The notes under the pieces are model-generated. The model searched no databases. It saw only the letters and a list, made by a program, of their open reading frames with translations, and was not told the DNA's origin. A program made the position numbers and the translations under genes. A stretch of 64,000 nt of DNA from Squalus acanthias (Eukaryota): NCBI GenBank assembly GCA_030390025.1, contig CM059432.1, forward strand, positions 86,554,001 to 86,618,000, written 5' to 3'. Shown here in pieces: positions 10,812-22,019 of the stretch. Numbering within the stretch: the stretch's first letter is position 1; each line of letters opens with the position of its first letter.

Positions 10812-13130
10812 GATCATAGAATGGTTACAGCATGGAAGGCGGCTATTTGGCCCGTTGAGCCCATACCGGCTCTCTGCAAGAGCACTTCAGCTAGTCCCAC
10901 TCCTCCACCGTAGCCCTGCAAATTTCTTTCCTTCAGATGCTTATCCAACTCCCTTTTGAAAGCCATGATTAAATCTGCCTCCACCACCCTTTCAGGCAGT
11001 GCATTCCAGATCCTAACCACTCGCTGCATAAAAAAGTTTTTTCTTACATTGCCTTTGGTTCTTTTGCCAATCACTTTAAATCTGTGTCCTCTGGTTCTCG
11101 ACCCTTCTGCCAATGGAAACAATTTCTCTCTATCTACTCTGACCAGACCCCTCATGATTTTGAACACCTCTATCAAATCTCCTCTCAATCTTCTCTGCTC
11201 CAAGGAGAACAACCCCAGCTTCTCCAGTCTATCAACGTAACTGAAGTCCCTCATTCCTGGAATCAATCTCGTAAATCTTTTCTGCACCCTCTTTAAGGCC
11301 TTCACATCCTTCCTAAAGTGCGGTGCCCAGAATTGGACGCAGTACTCCAGTTGGGGCCGAACCAGTGTTTTATACAGGTTCATCATAATTTCCACACTTT
11401 TGTACTCTATACCTCTATTTATGAAGCCCAGGATCCCGTATGCTTTTTTAACTGCTTTCTCAACCTGCCCACCACCTTCAACGATTTGTGCACACATACC
11501 TCCAGGTCTCTCTGTTCGTGCACCCCCTTCAGGATTGTACCTTTTAGGTTATATGTCCTCTCCTCATTCTTTCTACCAAAATGTATCACTTCACACTTTT
11601 CTGCGTTAAATTTCATCTGCCATGTGTCTGCCATTTCACCAGCCTGTCTATGTCTTCCTGAAGTCTATCACTCTCCTCCTCACTGTTCACTATACTTCCA
11701 AGTTTTGTGTCATCTGCAAATTTTGAAATTGTGCCCTGCACACCCACGTCCAAGTCATTAATATATATCAAGAAAAGCAGTGGTCCTAGAACCGACCCCT
11801 GGAAGGATATACTTGCCTTGGAGGCGGTGCAACGAAGGTTCACTAGATTGATTCCTGGGATGAGAGGGCTGTCCTATGATGAGAGATTGTGTAGAATGGG
11901 CCTGTACTCTCTGGAGTTTAGAAGAATGAGAGGTGATCTCATTGAAACATACAATATTCTAAAGGGGATTGACAGGGTAGATGCTGAGAGGTTGTTTCCC
12001 CTGGCTAGAGTGTCTAGAGCTAGGGGGCATAGTCTCAGGATAAGGGGTAGGCCATTTAAGACTGAGATGAGGAGGAATTTCTTCACTCAGAGGGTTGTGA
12101 ATCTTTGGAATTCTCTGCCCCAAAGGGCTGTGAATGCTGAGTCTTTGAGTATATTCAAGGCTGAGATAGGTAGATTTTTGGACTCTAGGGGAATCAAGGG
12201 ATATGGAGATCGGGCGGGAAAGTGGAGTTGAGGTCGATGATCAGCCATGATCTTATTCAATGGCGGAGCAGGCTCGAGGGGCCATATGGCCTACTCCTGC
12301 TCTTATTTCTTAATATGTTCTTATGAACACCTTCCTCCAATCCGAAAAACAACCATTCACCACTACTCTCTGTTTCCTATCACTTAGCCAATTCCGTATC
12401 CAGGCTGCCACTGTCCCTTTTAATCCATGGGCTTCAACTTTGCTGGCAAGCCTATTATGTGGCACTTTGTCGAACGCCTTTTGGAAATCCATGTACACTA
12501 CGTCAACTGCATTACTCTCATCAACCCTCTGTTACTTCATCACAGAACTCAATCAAGTTAGTGCCTTTAACAAATCCGTGCTGGCTTTCCTTAATTAATC
12601 CACACTTGTCCAAGTGACTGTTAATTTTGTCCCTGATTACTGTTTCTAAAAGCTTCCCTACTACCGAAGTCAAACTGACTGGCCTGTAGTTGCTGGGTTT
12701 ATATTTTCACCCTTTTTTGAACAATGGTGCAACATTTGCAATTCTCCAGTCCTCTAGATCCACCCCCTTATCTAAAGAGGATTGGAATATTATGGCCAGT
12801 ATTTCCGCGATCTCCTCCCTCAATTCCCTCAGCATCCTAGGAGGCATCCCATCCGCTCCTGATGATTTATCTACTTTAAGTACAGTCAGCCTTTCTAATA
12901 CCTCCTTTTTTAATCAATTTTTATCCCATCAAGTATCTCCACTGCGTCCCCCTTTACTACATCAATGGCAGCATCCTCTTCCTTGGTGAAGAGAGATGCA
13001 AAGTACTCGTTTAGTACCTCAGCCATACCCTCTGCCTCCATGCATAGGTCTCCTTTTTGGCCCCTAATCAGAAGTGAAAAAGAAAATAAGAGGGGCAAAG
13101 AGAGGGTATGAGAATAGAATGGCAGCCCGA
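10812..13130 (-). mobile_element. CR1 LINE, 5'-truncated and decayed, interrupted by an opposite-strand CR1
   Basis: RT motifs YMDFQKAFDKVPH, QGSVLGPLLFLIYINDL and KFADDTKL, a CR1 C-terminus, and a ttctatga tail at about 10812. Confidence 0.92.
11801..12325 (+). mobile_element. CR1 LINE 3' fragment nested in the opposite-strand CR1
   Basis: KDILALEAVQRRFTRLIPG...FFTQRVVNLWNSLP followed by a tail ending atgttcttatg. It splits the host between its RKV and QGSVLG segments. Confidence 0.92.
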
Positions 13131-13258
13131 GGCGATAATTAGGGGAGATGGGGGGCGAGGCTGTCCCGGGGAGGGTGCTAAACTTTGCACCCGGCCGATA
13201 TTAGCACCCTAAAATAGCTCACCAACTTTATTTACCACACTCCGTGCATTAGCATACA

Positions 13259-16200
13259 TAGAATCATAGAAAGTTACAGCACGGAAGGAGGCCATTTCGG
13301 CCCATCGTGTCCGCGCTGGCCAACAAAGAGCTATCCAGCCTAATCCCACTTCCCAGCTCTTGGTCCGTAGCCCTGCAGGTTACAGCATCCCAAGTACACA
13401 TCCAAGTACTTTTTAAATGTGGTTAGGGTTTCTGCCTCTACCACCCTTTCAGGCAGTGAGTTCCAGACCCCCACAACCCTCTGGGTGAAGAAATTTCCCC
13501 TCAAATCCCCTCTAAACCTCCACTAATTACTTTAAATCTGTGCCCCCTGGTTTTTGACCCCTCTGCTAAGGGAAATAGGTCCTTTCTATCCACTTCATCT
13601 AGGCCCCTCATAATTTTATACACCTCAATAAGGTCTCCCCTCAGCCTCCTCTATTCCAAGGAAAACAAACCCAGCCTATCCAGTCTTTCCTCATAGCTAA
13701 GATTCTCTACTCCCGGCAACATCCTTGTAAATCTCCTCTGTACCCTCTCTAGTGCAATCACATCTTTCCTGTAATGTGTTGACCAGAACTACACGCAGTA
13801 CTCTAGCTGAGGCCTAACTAGTGTTTTATACTGTTGAAGCATAACCCCCCTGCTCTTGTATTCTATGCCACGGCTAATAAAGGCAAGCATTCCGTATGCC
13901 TTCTTAACCACCTTATCTACTTGGCCTGCTACCTTCAGGGATCTGTGGACATGCACTCCAAGGTCCTTTTGTTCCTCTACACTACGCAGTGTCCTACCAT
14001 TTAATGTGTATTCCCTTTCCTTGTTATCCCTCCCCAAAAGCATTACCTCACACTTCTCCGGATTGAATTCCATTTGCCACTGTTCTGCCCACCTGACCAA
14101 TTTATTGAGATCTTCCTGCAGTCTACAGCTTCCTTCTTCAGTATCAACCACACAGCCGATTTTAGGATCATCTGCAAACTTCTTAATCATACCCCCTATA
14201 TTCAAGTCTAGATCATTGATATATACCACAAAAAGCAAGGGACCTAGTACTGAGCCCTGCAGAACCCCACTGGAAACAGCCTTCCAGTCACAAAAACACC
14301 CATTAACCATTACCCTCTGCTTCCTGCCTCCGAACCAGTTTTGAATCCAACTTGACACTTTGCCCTGGATCCCATGGGCTTTTAACTTCGTGACCAGTCT
14401 GCCATGTGGAACCTTATCAAAAGCCTTGCTGAAGTCCATATACACTACATCAAATGCACTACCCTCATCTACCCTCCTTGTTACCTCCTCAAAAAATTCA
14501 ATCAAGTTTGTCAGACACGACCTTCCCTTAACAAATCCGTGCTGACTATCCTTGATTAATCCGTGTCTTTCTAAATGAAGATTTATCCTGTCCTTCAGAA
14601 TTCTTTCAAATAATTTTCCCACCACTGAGGTTAGGCTGACTGGCCTGTAATTACTCGGTCTATCCTTTTCTCCCTTTTTAAACAAGGGTACCACATTAGC
14701 AGTCCTCCGGCAGTACACCTGAAGCCAGAGAGGATTGGAAAATGATGGTCAGGGCCTCTGCTATTTCCTCTTTTGCTTCGCTTAACAGCCTGGGATACAT
14801 TTCATCCGGGCCTGGGGATTTATCCACTTTTAAAGCTGCTAAACCCCTTAATACTTCCTCTCTCACTATGTTTATTTTATCTAATATTTCACACTCCTCC
14901 TCCCTGATAGCAATGTCTGCTTCGCCCCTTTCCTTTGTGAAAACAGACGCAAAGTATTCATTAAGAACCCTACCGACGTCTCCCGCCTCCACATACAGAT
15001 TACCCTCATGATCTCTAATAGGCCCTACCCTTTCTTTAGTTATCCTCTTACTCTTAATATATTTATAAAACATCTTTGGGTTTTCCTTGATTTTACTTGC
15101 CAAGAATTTTTCATGCTCTCTATTTGCTTTCCTAATATCCTTTTTAATTGCACCCCTGCACTTTCTGTACTCCTCTAAAGATTCTGGAGTATTTAGCCCT
15201 TGGTATCTGTCATACGCCTCCCTTTTTTTCTTTATCCTACCCTGTATGTCCCTAGACATCCAAGGGGCTCTAGATTTGTTAGTCCCACCTTTTTTCTTTA
15301 AGGTCACATATTTGGTCTGAACCCTTCGGATCTCCTCCTTGAATGCCTCCCACTGCTCTGACACCGATTTACCTTCAAGTAGCTGTTTCCAGTCCACTAT
15401 GGCTAAATCCCCTCTGAGCTTAGCAAAATTTGCTTTTCCCCAATTTAGAATTTTTATTCCTGGTCTATCCTTGTCCTTTTCCATAACTACCTTAAATCTA
15501 ACTGAATTATGGTCACTAGCACCAAAATGCTCCCCCACTGATACGCCTTCTACCTGCCCAGCTTCATTCCCTAAAACTAAGTCCAGAACCGCCCCCTCCC
15601 TTGTTGGGCTCGCTATATATTGGCTAAAAAAGTTCTCCTGGATGCAATTTAGGAATTCCGCACCCTCTGTACCCTTCACACTAATTTTATCCCAGTTAAT
15701 ATTGGGGTAGTTGAAATCCCCTACTATTACTGCCCTATAGTTTTTGCACTTCTCAGAAATTTGTCTACATATTATCTCTTCTGTCTCCCTCTCACTGTTT
15801 GGGGGTCTGTAGTACACTCCCAGCAGTGTGATCGCCCTTTTTTGTTTTTCAATTCGACCCATATGGCCTCGTTTGATGATCCCTCCAACATATCATCCCT
15901 CCTCACAGCTGTAATAGTTTCTTTAATCAATACCGCGACCCCCCCTCCCTTTTTACCTCCCTCTCTATCCCGTCTGAAAATCCTGTAACCAGGAATATTG
16001 AGCTGCCATACCTGCCCCTCTTTCAGCCACGTCTCTGTAATAGCTATATCATAGTCCCAAGTATCTACCTGTGCCCTCAGCTCATTTGCCTTGTTCGCTA
16101 TACTCCTTGCATTGAAGTATAATATATACTATTTAGTACAGGCAAACCTCCTTGTTGACTACTATCTAGCCCTCGATTCCTTTGTCCTTCTAATTTACTT

Positions 16201-17240
16201 TCTATGTTTTTGTTTTCCAATTCCAGTTTTTCTTCCCTCCCTACTCACTCTATTCTTAGGTTCCCATCCCCCTGCCAAGCTAGTTTAAACCCTCCCCAAC
16301 AGCACTAGCAAACCCTCCCGCGAGGATAGTGATCCCGTTCCTGTTGAGCTGCAACCCGTCTGGCTTGTAGAGGTCCCACCTCCCCCAGAAATGGTTCCAA
16401 GTCCTCAGGAATCTAAAGCCCTCCCTCCTACACCATCTCTCCAGCCACGCATTCATCTGCTCTATCTTCCTATTTCTGTACTCACTAGCACGTGGCACTG
16501 GTAGTAATCCGGAGATTACTACCTTTGAGGTCATGCTTTTTAACCTCTTTCCTAGCTCCCTAAACTCTGCCTGCAGGACCTCATCCCTCTTTCTACCTAT
16601 GTCGTTGGTACCAATATGAACCACAACCTCTGGCTGTTCACCCTCTCCCCTCAGAATGCCCTGCAGCCGTTCAGTGACATCCTTGACCCTGGCACCAGGG
16701 AGGCAACATACCATCTTGGAGTCACGTCTGTGGCCGCAGAAACGCCTGTCTGCTCCCCTAACTATTGAATCCCCTATCACTATTGCTCTCCCTCTCCTCG
16801 TCCCCCCCCCCCGTGCAGCTGAGCTTTCCATGGTGCTGTGGACTTGGCTCTGGCTGCACTCCCCAGAGGAACCATCGCCCTCACCAGTACTCAGCACCGA
16901 ATACTGGTTGGTGAGCAAGATGGGCTCAGGGGACTCCTGCACTACCTGCCTGGTCCTCCTCTTCTGTCTGGCGATCACCCATTCCCTGTCTGCCTGTGCA
17001 CTCTTAAGCTGCGGGGTGACCACCTTCCGAAACGTGTTATCGACGTAGCTCTCAGCCTCGCGGATGCACAGCAGTGACTGCAGCCGCCGCTCAAGCTCCG
17101 TAACCCTGGTGCTCGAGCTGCTGTAGCTGGCGACACTTCCCGCACATGTGGTCGTCCAGACCATGGGAGGTGTCCAGGACTTCCCACATGGCACAGGATG
17201 TGCATTCCACGGGTGTGAGCTGCCCTGCCATACCTCTAAT
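13259..17240 (-). mobile_element. Near full-length CR1 LINE (ORF1 plus ORF2, a few disabling mutations)
   Basis: ORF1 runs from an ATG at 17231 (MAGQLTPVECTSC..HMCGKC, a C4 finger) into an SGNH esterase (IGDSIVR, HIGTND), ending at 16280. ORF2 has an APE endonuclease (YFNARSI, AITETWL, GVYYRPP, GDFNYP, SDH) and an RT (YMDFSKAFDKV, FADD). The 3' tail is ttctatgattcta. Confidence 0.95.
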
Positions 17241-17309
17241 TAACAGACTATTTACTAACCTAGCTGGAATAAACTTAAAACTTTAAGAAAGCCAAGTATA
17301 AACACTTAC

Positions 17310-18390
17310 CAGATACTCACCAGATATATGCATTCCAAACCCATCTTATACTGCTTCGCATTTGCCCTCTGTCTGATCCCTCCTATTTCTGAACTATTTT
17401 TTACTCTAGTGCTATTTACCTCTCCCAGTTCTCTGTGCAACTTGTTTCTCCTCTCTAAGATTTCATCCTGATGCTCACCCCCTACCAAATTAGCTTAAAC
17501 CCTCTCCCATAGTACTAGTTAACCTTCCCACGAAGACATCGGTCCCAGCTCTGTTGAGGCGCAACGAGTCCACCTTGAACAGGTCCCTCCTGCCACAGAA
17601 CTGGTCTCAATGCCCTCTCTCCTGCACCATTTCTCCAGCCATGTGTTAATCTGTGTTATCCTGCTATTCCTATACTCACTAGCGCGTGGCACTGGGAGTA
17701 ATCCAGAGATTATTACCTTTGAGGTCTTGCTTTTTAACGTCCTCCCTAGCCCCTGAAACTCTGACTGCAGGACCTCAACCCTTTTCCTTCCTATGTCATC
17801 GGTTCCCACATGGACTTCGGCTGTTGCCCTTCCCCCCTCAAAATGTTTTGCACCGCTCAGTGATGTCCTTTACCCTGGCACCAGGGAGGCAACACACCAT
17901 GCGGGACTTGCGTTGCTGATTGCAGCAACGCCTGTCTATTCCCCATACTATCTAATCCACCATGACCACTGCACCCCTGTGCTATCATTTTCCCCACAGT
18001 GCCGTGGATGTGCTCTAGACTGCACTCCCCCAAGGTGTTGTCACCTTCAATGGTATTCAGCGCTGAAAACCGGTTTGAGAGTGCCACACTCCCGGAGGAT
18101 TCCTGCACTGCCTGCCTCTTCCTACCCTGCTGGATGGTCATCCACTTGCTATTCTCCTGAACTATCTGTAGCTGCAGGGTGACCACCACCTTGGACGTGC
18201 ACTCCATGAAATTCTCAGCCTCCCGTATGCCCTGCAGTGATTCCAGCAGCTATGCAAGCTCAGAAATCCTGAGTTCAAGTTCGAGCAACTGGAGGCACTT
18301 AATGCACACATGGTTATCCAGGACAAATGAAGCCTCCTGGAGTTCCCACATGGCACAAGATTTGTAAGCAATGGGTCTCAGCTGTCTCAT
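17310..18390 (-). mobile_element. Older CR1 5' fragment (decayed ORF1 esterase and start of ORF2)
   Basis: GTDDIGRKRVEVLQSEFQGLG...SKVIISGLLPVPRASEYRN and a C4-finger remnant near 18300-18370. Confidence 0.85.
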
Positions 18391-18939
18391 CATTTTGCTT
18401 AAAAAAAAACCTTTAACTCTAATTAATTATTCTGATTATTTGTATATTTACTGTTGCCCCTTGGTTTAAAGCACTTAGCACCTACTTTCCCCTCTGCACC
18501 AAATTTCCACTCTAAGCAAATTCCAGCTGCCACTCTGTTCAGCAAGCCATTCTGTTTAGCAGATACTCCCAGCTCTGTGCGTACAGCCTGTTTAGGCTCA
18601 CACACACACACACAAAATGGCCACTTGGACAGAATACCAGACGGCTGCTACCATCTGGGGAACCATACACTGAAGACAGGGGGAGAAAATGGAAAAATAT
18701 CAATAAGTTTAGTATTACTGGATGCTCAGAACCATTTACACTTATTTAAGGCCCAGGTCATAAGGGATTCCTTAGTCTGTAACCTGCATTTTTGAGATGT
18801 GTAAATTTCACAGGTGTTTATTAGCACAATAATAAAAAAGACTTGAGTCATGCAAATGATAACAAAGATTCATATTGAATTTGACAATAAATAAAACAGG
18901 CATTTCATCTCATGTGTTGCAAGGGTGAAAACTACTCAC

Positions 18940-18997
18940 TACTACTTGGCTGATCTGCAAAAGTCACCTTCCGTCCATCCCAGCCCTTTTCAACTGG
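18940..18997 (-). CDS. stau2: Staufen homolog 2 short coding exon after dsRBD4
   Basis: The 58-nt exon is bounded by ttttaacattacag| and AGTA|gtgagt. It encodes PVEKGWDGRKVTFADQPSS plus 1 nt (phase 1). The KGW matches STAU2 ENKGWSG. A 165-bp intron separates it from the previous exon. Confidence 0.88.
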
Positions 18998-19162
18998 CTG
19001 TAATGTTAAAACAAAAACATAAATACAAAGTACTAGTTTTATAATAAAAACATGATCAAATCTAAAATACAAAACTTAAATGTGTAATAACATATTTCAT
19101 AATCAATTTTCCTTATCCCTTAACATTTAAATAAAAAATGTGAAATGAAGATTGAAGTTGAC

Positions 19163-19294
19163 CTTTTCCTGTGGATTTTGAGTAGGGATTGATGCTTTGT
19201 AACCAAGCTGCAGCAACATGGCTTCTGCAGCATTCCTCTTTGCAACTTTCTTGTTAGGACCTGTTCCTGTAGCCATCTCAATGCCAACCTTGAC
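19163..19294 (-). CDS. stau2: Staufen homolog 2 coding exon (C-terminal half of dsRBD4)
   Basis: The 132-nt exon is bounded by gttcctttag| and AAG|gtcaac. It encodes VKVGIEMATGTGPNKKVAKRNAAEAMLLQLGYKASIPTQNPQEK. The ORF track shows only a different frame here; I translated this frame manually. Confidence 0.95.
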
Positions 19295-21089
19295 CTAAAG
19301 GAACAACACAACAATTATACATGTAATTGTTCGAAAACTTCAATCCCACGATTGAATGATCTATTTAGTTGCCATTATATGCATTCACAAAGCCAAGAAT
19401 AACATAGTTGATTAGTCATTACAAATAGATGCCCATTGAGGCATCAAAATGTTATTTTGTTTTTGTCTAAACAAGTGAGCAGGTACATTTTCAAATCAAT
19501 AAGTGAGCAGAAAGAATAATCCATTCAGAACTTTCTTCAAAGCCCATTGAAATCCTTTTGTGAAGAAAGTGTGGTTGTAGGTGGCTTTATTAGCTGTTTA
19601 CAAAGAACCCTAGCTGTGATGAGAAGAAAAGTTCATACAGAAGAAAAGTCAATACAGATGAACGAAAGTCGTTTTAAAATGAAATACTTCATTCAAACTA
19701 GACTAAAAGCTTTAGTTTCTTTTCCTTTTCAACCCTTGCTGCGCTGCCTCATGCTGCCCAGGTTTTCAAGGTAATAACTCTGTTGGATAGAAGAAAATCC
19801 TGTCGAACACTGAACAGCTTGAATCATAGAGGGAGCTTTATTCTGCATTTAATTGTACTTTACTAAAAAATCTTATCAGCAAAATTGTCTACCTTGTAGG
19901 ATTGTTTCGTTATTTGATACAATACATCATCCACACACTGCAGTTGAGCCAGGCTAATCAATTTTCTGGGGAAACACCATGGTGGATGCCACTCCCCATG
20001 ATTGATGTTGGTAATGCATTAAAGTCAGGCAATGCTGTCCCACATAATACTGCTAGTCTTGTGTGGTATAAAAGCCCTGCATGCACGTGAGAATGGTGGG
20101 ACATTTTGACTAATAGCACAACAGAAAAAAAATTACTTTCTCTACTTCTCGTAAGGCCTGATGGGAATACTGAGTGGGATGTGGTAACCCTAATTTTCCA
20201 CTACCTGTAGCCCATCCTACTGGTGTGTTGGGCAGTCGGGAGCAGAAAATGGGCAGGAATTCTCCATCTCCACCCACTTTGCACCACATCTGAGTTTCTA
20301 GGAATGGGGGGCAGGGACCAGCAGTGTTGGAAGTGCCCCGGAGTTTCATTATAATATTCAGTTGTGGATAGAGATGTCCTGAACAATTTTCTAATGTTCA
20401 AGCCTGCAGGACATCATTTCCAAAGGACACCCACTTGAAATGAACGTGGAGTTTTTCAGTCATTTCTTGACTGTTTTTGAAGGATTTTATTTACTGGCAT
20501 TTAGATTCCCATGAGCCTTTGTGTTAATTATCCTAATTTGTTTTCTTTTCCCTAGCACCACTGCTGGCATTAATGAGTTTTCCAATGGGAAGCCCCTAAG
20601 TGAAGTGATCGGTAAGCGCACTAATGGGACGGATGGCAAACAGGTCAGGCTGCATAAAAACAGCTCTGATCACCAGCCAGTACCCTGACACTACACATCT
20701 CCAGACAGAGGTGATCAGACTTCACTTTGGCAGACAATTAGTGCATGTGGAAACTCTTATTCCCAAAGTAAGCTGGAACAGACTTGATAGCACTACAAAG
20801 ATATGTGAATGCCTGACTAACTGTAATGTTGGGTACTTCTGTGTCATGTTTTGAGTGCCACTACTTGAAAGAAGGCATGCCAGTGCAATCAATAGTCAGC
20901 ATACTCAGATTGGTTTAACCCACCAAGATGCTACCGAACACACTTGAAAGCTTTAGCACATTTACTTGGCAATGATCATGGGTAAGGGTCTGGGTCATCT
21001 TCGAGATAGATACACAGCTCTGCCATCTGCTGTAGGGACATTTGTAGCTAACATGCAGCATAGGGCTGGCACATTCAATGATGGTAATG

Positions 21090-21306
21090 GTCAGTTATAG
21101 TTCTTATGATCTGGAATGTGCTGCCTGAAAGGGTGGTGGAAGCAGATTCAATAGTAATTTTCAAAAGGGAATTGTATATACACCTTTAAAGTAAAAATTG
21201 CAGGGCTATGGGGAAAGAGCTGGGGAAGTGGGACTAATTGGATAGCTCTCAGAGGCACAAAGGGCCAAATGGCATCCTTCTGTGGTGTAAGATTCTATGA
21301 TTCTAT
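21090..21306 (+). mobile_element. CR1 3' tail fragment
   Basis: tggaatgtgctgcctgaaagggtggtggaagcagattc... ending in ttctatgattctatg. Confidence 0.75.
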
Positions 21307-22019
21307 GGAGGAAACATAGTTCCAGCTCCTTGTAGGCATGCTGCAATGTTAACCATTGGGATGGTGTCATGGAGTGGCACAGAGGGCAATCCTCCCTTCA
21401 AGCATCATATGCAACACCACCTCCACTTCAGCTATCAAACAGGGGTTGGGTGCTTGACAGCTCTTCCATTTGCCTGCAAACAGGCCTGCATCCTCAGTTT
21501 CCTTTCCTTTTCATATGTCATTTCTTAGTCCACTCCCCTTTCAGCCTTGACAAAGACTGCCAAAGTACTGAGATGCCTCCTGAGCCTTTGGAAAAGCTTT
21601 CAGATTTTCTGACACACCCATTCAAGTGCCCTCTTTTCTTTAAATTTTACTTACATGCAATTTTGCCACTCGAATCACTAGCATGCTCCCTGCAAATCTA
21701 CACCCACAGCTATGCTTATGAACTGACTTTGGAAAATTGGACGCAAACAGCACACTTCCATTTGAGTCCGCTTAAAACCCATCACAAATCATTTGGGTCT
21801 AAACTGAACCCCCATTGTGGAAAATCTAGGCTGATGTGTAGGGGAAGAATGAAAACAACCCTCTAAGGTAGGTAATATTTATTTCTTCTTAATTCAGCAT
21901 CCTTCACAAATCTTTGGAGCTAACCCAGTTGCATTTAGTATGAGGAGGAGGGAGACCTTTGCAGAGAAGCAGAGACCCAACTATCCATGATAGATCTATC
22001 AAGGTACTCCCTTTGATAT

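Noticed and set aside
13856..17077. Several 75-160 aa plus-strand ORFs
   Set aside because: They are antisense shadows of the CR1 ORF1/ORF2 on the minus strand.
1..18900. Next stau2 exon (tubulin-binding/SSM region)
   Set aside because: No matching translation was found by eye. It probably lies outside the window, although a TBLASTN search is needed to exclude it.
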